From the human T2T-CHM13v2.0 reference genome, Homo sapiens: a stretch of 64,000 bases of DNA. Shown here piece by piece: positions 48,375 to 64,000 of the stretch (position 1 is the first letter of the stretch; every line of letters starts with the position of its first letter). Location of the stretch: the NCBI RefSeq assembly GCF_009914755.1, contig NC_060944.1; one strand, written 5' to 3'. Both the position numbers and the translations under genes were made by a program. Under the pieces are notes generated by a model. The model made no database searches. It had not been told where the DNA came from and saw only the letters and a list, made by a program, of their open reading frames with translations.

Positions 48375-48760
48375 TCTGACCTGACTGCTGGCCTCTCCTA
48401 TCATCAACCTGCTCCAGCATCACTGCCTCTTTGCTCATCCTCAGCCGACCTTCCTGGGGCCTTTGCAGCTTGATTCCTCTGCCTGGAATTTCCTGCCTTC
48501 CCTAAGGCCCATAACCACTTGGGTTATTTTCTCCCTGTTCAGGTCTGTGCCTTCTCTGAACACTTGAACTCAAAACCCTGACTCTTTCACCTTCACTCTA
48601 TTCATCTTCTTTGGGTTATTCTTAGTGCTTTATCACCAATATATTTCTTATCAGTGTATCTGTGTATTGCGTTTTCCCACACTGGAATGTAGACTCTGTA
48701 GAAAGGACTTTGTTTACTGCTTTATTTTCAGTATCTAGGTCAATGCCAGGCTAATACTAG

Positions 48761-49648
48761 TGTAAACCAAAAATAAAATCCCAAACCCTCCATCCCCTGC
48801 TGACTGGATGGACCCCTTCTGGGCCAAGGGGACCCCAGGGAAACCTGAAAAAAAACAAAAATGGAATTATCGGCTATGACAAGAAGCAAGATGGGATGCA
48901 CCTTGTTGTACCCCCTCCCTTTTGGAGTATAGGTGCAACTGGCCAGCATTAACATTAAAATAAAGATCCTAAGACTCACAAACACACTCTTTGTGGCAAT
49001 AAGGTCCAAACTCCAACCTGACTGATGTAGCATCACATGACAGATAGCAGACTCTGAAGGAAATCAAGATGTTTTACCCCAAAATATATTTCTTTGAAAT
49101 ATTTTGAAATGGCCCTGGAAAGCCATCTTTTGTGTGGGGAATTTGCATCTGTTAAGAATCTCCGTTAATGCAGCCAGGTCTTTCCTGAATCTAGGAGAGG
49201 TTAAACAAGAGTTTAACACACCTTTTAAGATCCAAAAAGAGACATTTACCATCAATTCTTTCAGAAGGCTGCTGCCTATGAGGCTTCATCCACATAACAA
49301 GAAACTTGGTCTCCACAACCTCCCCCTTAACTCAATAATTTCCTTCTATTGACAGTCTTTAGACAAAACTTGACTCAACCAATTGCTAATCAGAAAATCT
49401 GTAAGCTCCCTGCTTCAAGATATCCCACCTTTTTAGGCTGAACAAAAGTACACCTTCCATGTGTTGATTTATGATTTTACCTATAATTCCTGTCTCCCTA
49501 AAATACATAAAACCAACCCGTAACCTGTAACTGCACTGCCTCAGGCACGCTTTCTCAGGACCTCTTGAGGCTGTTCCTGGGCCATGGTCACTCATTGGCT
49601 CAGAATAAATCTCTTTAAATATTTTAGAGTTTGGTTTTAACTTCAACA
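48761..49648 (+). mobile_element. ERV1 solo LTR, MER4 family
   Basis: TGTAAACCAAAAATAAAAT...TTCAACA, AATAAA near the 3' end, 4-bp TSD CTAG on both sides. Confidence 0.82.
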
Positions 49649-49914
49649 CTAGGCATTTCATAAATATTTGCAGAAGGTATGACTGAATCATCTTAACTCC
49701 TTAGAGGTGGTTCCACTGTTCTCATTCTACTGTTAAGGAAGTGAGTCTTGGGGTCATTAATGAACTTTGCCTCTGGGCTGAAATTAAAAAGGCCTATGGC
49801 TGAGGAGGGTAGTGCATGCTGGTCTTTGATTCAGTCCTGCAGCATAGTCCAGTCTAGAGTTGTGTATTTGGGAAAAACACCTAGATAAACTATTCCTTAC
49901 TGTAGAGATGAAAA

Positions 49915-51275
<1,361 letters not shown>

Positions 51276-51287
51276 AAAAGGCAATGT

Positions 51288-52050
<763 letters not shown>

Positions 52051-52549
52051 CTAATAAAACAATTCTTTAGCAGTGATTCCCATCTTCCATATGCTTAAGA
52101 AATATTCCATAACCATCTAGCCAAGAAAATTCCTAGTGAATTCGTATTAATCTAGGGCAGATATTACAAATATTTTTAAAAGACTATTTTAAAATCAAAG
52201 GGTGGTACTGTGGTGTTGGAAATGGAAAGCCTAAATAACAGTCTAATCACTCTGGAGCTGTGTGACCTTGGGCAAGTTACCTAACTTCTGTTTCCTTATT
52301 AATCCCGGGTCTTAAAACACTTCAGAGATAATTGTGGGAATGAAATACACACTGCAGTCCCTACCAGCACTAGGTACCCAATAAAAGAGAGTTTCATTTT
52401 AATATCAAACAGAAAACCCGCACTGCAAAACTGAAACCCTTGCGTCCTACCAATGCACACCAAGTTTTTGGGCCTTTCCTCTTAACCTCAAAGTGCTCTT
52501 TTCTTGAACCTAAACGAGAATGAATGAATCAAAAGGAAAATGACAAGGA

Positions 52550-53110
<561 letters not shown>

Positions 53111-53319
53111 AAACTTGGGAAGCAGCAAAACAAAATTCAGGAGGAAAGAGAAAGCATTCATGCTTACGCTACCCAGCGATTTGGTGAATTTCCTCATCTG
53201 AGCAAATTTTGCATTTTAGCAGTTTTCCTTGGACAGATTTGTTCCGGTCCCTTAAAATATTTACAGGTTGCCTGATAATTTAGCATTTCTTGCTCACTCA
53301 GGCATCTAATCGTGGTCAG

Positions 53320-53960
53320 TAAAAGCTAGGCCTCTGGAACCTGGCTGAGATTCTGGTTCTGTAGTGTGACTTTGGGGCAGTTACTCAAGCTTTCTGTGCT
53401 CTCAGTTTTCTCATACGCAAAAATGGGGATGGTGACAATAATAGTACCCAACGCATGATGTAGTGGACGCAAAATGAGTGGCATGTGTAAGGGTCTCTGC
53501 ATATGCCTCACATACAGTAAGGGCTGAGTCAGTGTTAGCTATTAATATTACTTTTCTCCTGCTGCTGCTGTTACTATTAATATTATGATTATTTGTATTT
53601 TTCTATCACTGCTACCCCAGGGAGAGTGCTAAGCACTTCATGTACATTATCTTTTGTCTTTCTAATAACCCTTTGAGGGCCCGGTACCATGGCTCCTGCC
53701 TGTAATCCCAGCACTTTGGGAGGCTGAGGCGGGAGGATCGCTTGATCCTGCCACTGCATTCCAGCCTGAGTGACAGGGAGACCCTGTCCCAAACAAAACA
53801 AAAATAACTTTTTGATGTTTAAACTATTGTTTTCTACTTTTTTCAGCTATATATGCATAGGATTGGGGAGATTTAAGTATATTGCCTAAGGTGACACAGC
53901 AAGAAAGCTAGGATTTGAACCCTGGCACTCTGGCTCCAGAGCCTGCACTCTAAATTGTAT
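53320..53960. mobile_element. MIR elements (with an Alu fragment) in GINS1 intron 1
   Basis: TGTGACTTTGGGGCAGTTACTCAAGC...CTCAGTTTTCTCAT; GGATTTGAACCCTGGCACTCTGGCTCCAGAGCC. Confidence 0.65.
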
Positions 53961-55161
53961 ATTTCACTTACGTCATAGAGCAGGCATTATGTGGATGTCA
54001 GGACACATTCTGCTGGAAGATGGGCACAAAAACAGATAATAGAATTCACCACGCTAAGTGATACTAAGGAGGTATAGCAAGGAGCACGAAGGAGAAACAC
54101 CAGTATGAGCTGGGGTAGAAGAGGTGATATATGAGCCTTTCCATCCTCAAGGATGAGGTTACTGATCTGAGAAGGAAGCGAGGCATCCCAGCCAAAGGAT
54201 GCTGCAGCACAAAGTCACGTGGTCACACTGGAGAGGGTGACCAATAGGGCCTGTGGGGAGTCTAGGAAGGTGGCTCACAGCCTACATGAATTTGTTGTTC
54301 ACTTATAAGGCATGCTGGGAGCTGGTAGAGGATTTTAGACAAGGAAGTGATAGGGTAATTTTTGTGTTTTGAAGGTAACTGCGGCAGCAATATGGGGAAT
54401 GGATTGAAGAGAGGAAAGAATGGGACAGGGAGATGGCTACTGGGTGGCTGATAGAGCAGGTGAGAGGTGTGTGGTCTGAACTGTGTCAGGTCAGTGGCAC
54501 TGAGATCAGTGTTTGGGTTTTAGAGACATGAAGCAAACATGACTTGTAGCTATTAGAGCAGGGGCAGAGATGGGGTCCATAATGAATAAGAGGGAGGAAT
54601 TGGGATCTTGGAGGATCCTTAGGAAACTGGGTAAACAACATCAGAGTTCAGGAGATAGAGTGTGTTGGGAAAGGTAATGAGTTTTGTTTTGAACACTAAA
54701 GAGCACCTAGCCAGACAATTAGATTGTCTTACAAATGAAGAAACTGAGCTGACACAAATTATGGGTCAAGTTAAGGAACTCGTCTGAATTTACAGCATAT
54801 TGGAGGTAGAGCTTCAACTTGAACACAGGTTTTCCAGTTTCTAGTCAATTGTTTTTTCAACTTCAGAGCAGTTACCTCATTTAAAAAGTTAGGCAGCAGT
54901 CTGCAGCTCAGTAGAGATGCTTGAATGCAGAAGTGTGTAAATGCTAAAATGTGGCCTGAGAACTAGGAACTTTAGAGGTCATTGTACATATCAGGACACA
55001 GGCCTAGAGAACAGAGAGACTGTGCAAACAGGTGCGGCCAAGCTGGATTTTGGACCTGACTCTGACACTTAGTTTAGCTCTCTGTTTTACTCAAATTTTA
55101 AGTTAAGTGTTGGGTTATCACTTTGTGGGGCTAGGGGCTGGTCTTAGAAGTTGTAGAATCA

Positions 55162-57672
<2,511 letters not shown>

Positions 57673-57744
57673 TTAGTAAATTATGAATTATTTACATATT
57701 TTTCTTTATACCTCATGCTTCAGTAGGACGATTGATATCTTTGT

Positions 57745-58770
<1,026 letters not shown>

Positions 58771-58890
58771 AAAGGACTATTGCTTTTTGCTAAAGTATAT
58801 AAATGAAAGATACAGTTCAGTATTGATAGCATATTGCCACAGAATTGGTGGGGAAATCAGTGGATTTCAATATCGGTTTATATGTTCTAG

Positions 58891-58955
58891 GAGGATGGAC
58901 TCAGACAAGTTCTGGAGGAGATGAAAGCTTTGTATGAACAAAACCAGTCTGATGT
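58891..58955 (+). CDS. GINS1: GINS1 coding exon 2
   Basis: ttctag|GAGGAT...GATGT|gtaagt; EDGLRQVLEEMKALYEQNQSD(V); 65 nt, in frame with exon 1. Confidence 0.96.
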
Positions 58956-59009
58956 GTAAGTTTCATAAGATGATATTCTAAAACAATTCAATAATTAAGA
59001 TGTTGAAAT

Positions 59010-60806
<1,797 letters not shown>

Positions 60807-62057
60807 ATGCCTGTCCCTGGCGCTCACTGTCTAGTGCAGAAGACAGACATGAAATATAGATATGCCAAATTGGGATTCATGCTATGAAGGAAATCAGAAG
60901 AGTGCAAGGAGAAAGAAAAATGAATAGAAGGTCTAGCTTAAATTGAGGAATCAGGGAACTTCTCTCCAAAGAGGAGACATTTCAGCTGAGGCCTGCAGGA
61001 GATGCAAGTCTTAGGGAGGCAGTGACTGTGGGCATAGAACATTCTAGGTGGAGGGAACAGCATATGCAAAAGCCCCTGAATCATGGAAGAGAATGGGGCA
61101 CTCAAGAAACTGACACTTAAAGAAGACCTATGTGGCTGGAGTTTGGCAAGTGGCAAAGGATGACACCAGATGAGGTGTAAGTGTGGACAGGTGGTGGTGT
61201 GTTTGTGTCTTAAAAGATAATGCTGGTTGCTGTGTGGAGGGGCTGAGAGGTGGGGGAAGCTGGTCACCAGGTTACTAGAGAGGTGACCCAGACTTGGTAG
61301 AAAGTGAGAAGGTTATAAATGTTTTGGAGGAGACCCTATAGGCCTTGGTTCAGTAAGGGAATGATTTTCTTGTATTCTCTGTGTTTATGCCATTCGCAAA
61401 TTCATGATCCAAAATTCTTTATTCCACCTTCCTAGTTTCATCAGACTTTCATAGGGTGGCAGAAGTATATAGAACAGCCCTAGAAGACATGACAGGATGG
61501 GACATGTATTTTGCCTGTATTATCAGGGCCTAGCACAGTGCCTGGCATAGAGGCAGGCACTACATGAATGAATTCTTTTTATATGCATATGGTTGCTTAA
61601 AAACTCCAAAGTAGATTCTTATTCATTCAAAAGTTACATGTACTTTTTATAGGGTAAAACCAAAATTTTCAGTGTGAGAAATACTGAAGTATAGTACGTA
61701 CACGTATTTGGAGATCAACAGATATTTGTAAGATGAGTGAAAGACCATTTTGACTCCATTTTACCTCACTTTGTTATAATGAGGATTTGGAAGCTCCACT
61801 GGAAGGGAGGTACTATGTAGAATAGCGACATGACGTAAGACCATAACCTCATGTCCATCATGTTAGCTTTGTCTCTTATCTCAGCGTGATAATGGAATCC
61901 TGAAAAGTGAATAACACAGTGTCTTTTAGAAAGAATAGAGATTAATCAGTGTGCAAAAATGCAAAGTACCAAATGCCTAAACAAAATGTATCTGGTAGCA
62001 TGATCTTAGGCAAGTTGTTTAGGTTTTGGCTTTTTAACATATTAATAAAAGCTCTGA

Positions 62058-62303
<246 letters not shown>

Positions 62304-62672
62304 TAAGCTTCTCAGTTTTTGCTTGGGGTGGCAGGATTTTCTGTGTGGCTTCCCAGTTGACCATCTCAAATGGGTAACATGAAATCTTAGATCTCTCTCT
62401 CTTTGTAAGCATTCTAAATTTTTCCTCTGTGTTTTCATTTTTTTAATTTTTTATTATGAAAAATCACAACACTTTTAAAAGTAGGGAGAATAATACTATA
62501 ATGAACCCCAGTGGAGCTATCATATGGTTTTAACAATTTTTATTATTTTGCCATATTTTTTTCATCGTGTTTCACTTGTTGGTGCCACACTATTTAAGTG
62601 CATCACGGTCTTTCACTACTGAATACGGTAGTGTTCTTACTATTTTTTCTTTGTCTTAGAAATAAGGACCTT

Positions 62673-62965
62673 TGGCCAGGCACAGTGGCTCATGCCTATA
62701 ATCCCAGCAATTTTGGAGGCCAAGGCGGGTGGATCATCTGGGATCAGGAGTTCGAGACCAGCCTGGCCAACATGGTGAAACCCTGTCTCTACTAAAAATA
62801 CAAAAATTAGCTGGGAGTGGTAGCGGGTGCCTAATCTCAGCTACTTGGGAGGCTGAGGCAGGAGAATTGCTTGAATCTGGGAGCCAGAGGTTGTAGTGAA
62901 CGGAGATCGTGCCATTGCACTCCAGGCTGGGTGACAAGAGCAAAACTCTGTCTCAAACAAAAAAA
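62673..62965 (+). mobile_element. AluS in GINS1 intron 3
   Basis: TSD AGAAATAAGGACCTT. Confidence 0.88.
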
Positions 62966-63196
62966 GGCGGGGGAAAGAAAGAAATAAGGACCTTAGGGAC
63001 CTTTTTCCCAGGACTACTGTGCTGCTGTCACACGTGGAGGAGTGGACAGTGCCTTCAGGTCGACTCTCAGACTGTGTTCATGTTCTTCTTGTTTTCCCTA
63101 AGATGTCTGTTTAGAGCTGGTGTGTTTGCATCAGGGGCCAAATGAAGTCCACACGTGATCCCCCGTTTATTCTTATGCCACCCAATACCTTCTTGA

Positions 63197-63301
<105 letters not shown>

Positions 63302-63834
63302 TAGCATTGTTCAAGTTTATAAATTTTGAAAATGCTAAAGTTCTGGCATTGTTCTATAATAGTGTTTATTGGTATTCCTCTTTTTGTGTTTAATGTCTGT
63401 TTTTCCCCAATTTTTGGCTGGTATTTAGTATATAATGTGAGGGGAACTATGTGGTGAGGAGTAATTCTAAATCATATGTGGAAAATTCTATTATTACTTA
63501 ACAAAATAGAGTCCCATGATGTTACTTATTAGTGATCCATCAGTGGGATTAAAAAACTGGCATTATTATTTGGTGATATTCCATGAAATGTTTACATGTG
63601 TATATATACTTTCCTAATCAAAATTCATATTTGCCTAGTCACTGAGGCAAAGAACTAGCCCATTATTTAAGGACATAGGATTGGAGTCAGGTGGGCTTAG
63701 GTTCAAATCTCTGCTGTCTAATATTGAGCAAGTCACTTGACCTGTTGCTGTGCCTAAATTTCCTTGTTACAGGATGAAGATCATATTACCTATCTATTAC
63801 AGGTTGCAATGACTTTTGACACTAACTACCTGCA

Positions 63835-64000
63835 GTTATTGTCAACTAAGGAAGCTCACACAAGCTTTGATGTCCAGAGTGTTTATTGGGGCTTCATTAC
63901 ATAGACATGACTGATTAAATTGCTGGCCCTGTGATTGAGTTCAATCTTCATCCCTCTTCCCCTCCCTGGAGGTCAGACTGACATCAGGAGGGCCAAAGGC
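63835..64000. mobile_element. MER21-like LTR fragment running off the window end
   Basis: TTTATTGGGGCTTCATTACATAGACATGACTGATTAAAT motif. Confidence 0.55.

Overview
Primate (human-like) genomic DNA matching the ABHD12/GINS1 head-to-head locus (20p11.21, recalled, not searched). Positions 1-35616 are ABHD12 intron 1 (minus strand), which is dense in Alu, L1, L2 and MaLR repeats and carries a PPIA processed pseudogene. ABHD12 exon 1 and its CpG island lie at about 34.9-36.3 kb. The 17-kb intergenic interval is mostly retroelements: a full-length but defective HERV-K(HML-6) provirus (39235-48374, minus), a MER4-type solo LTR and an LTR8-type element. GINS1 (PSF1) coding exons 1-4 follow on the plus strand. 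The least-explained observations are a templated local duplication with a palindromic junction (24.75-25.55 kb), an isolated 21-nt 5' fragment of tRNA-Arg(UCU), a fossil primer-binding site inside both HML-6 LTRs, an intact Rec-like splice circuit in the provirus, and a TRIMCyp-type acceptor in the PPIA retrocopy. I see no convincing new protein-coding system. Most ORFs in the track are repeat or GC artefacts.
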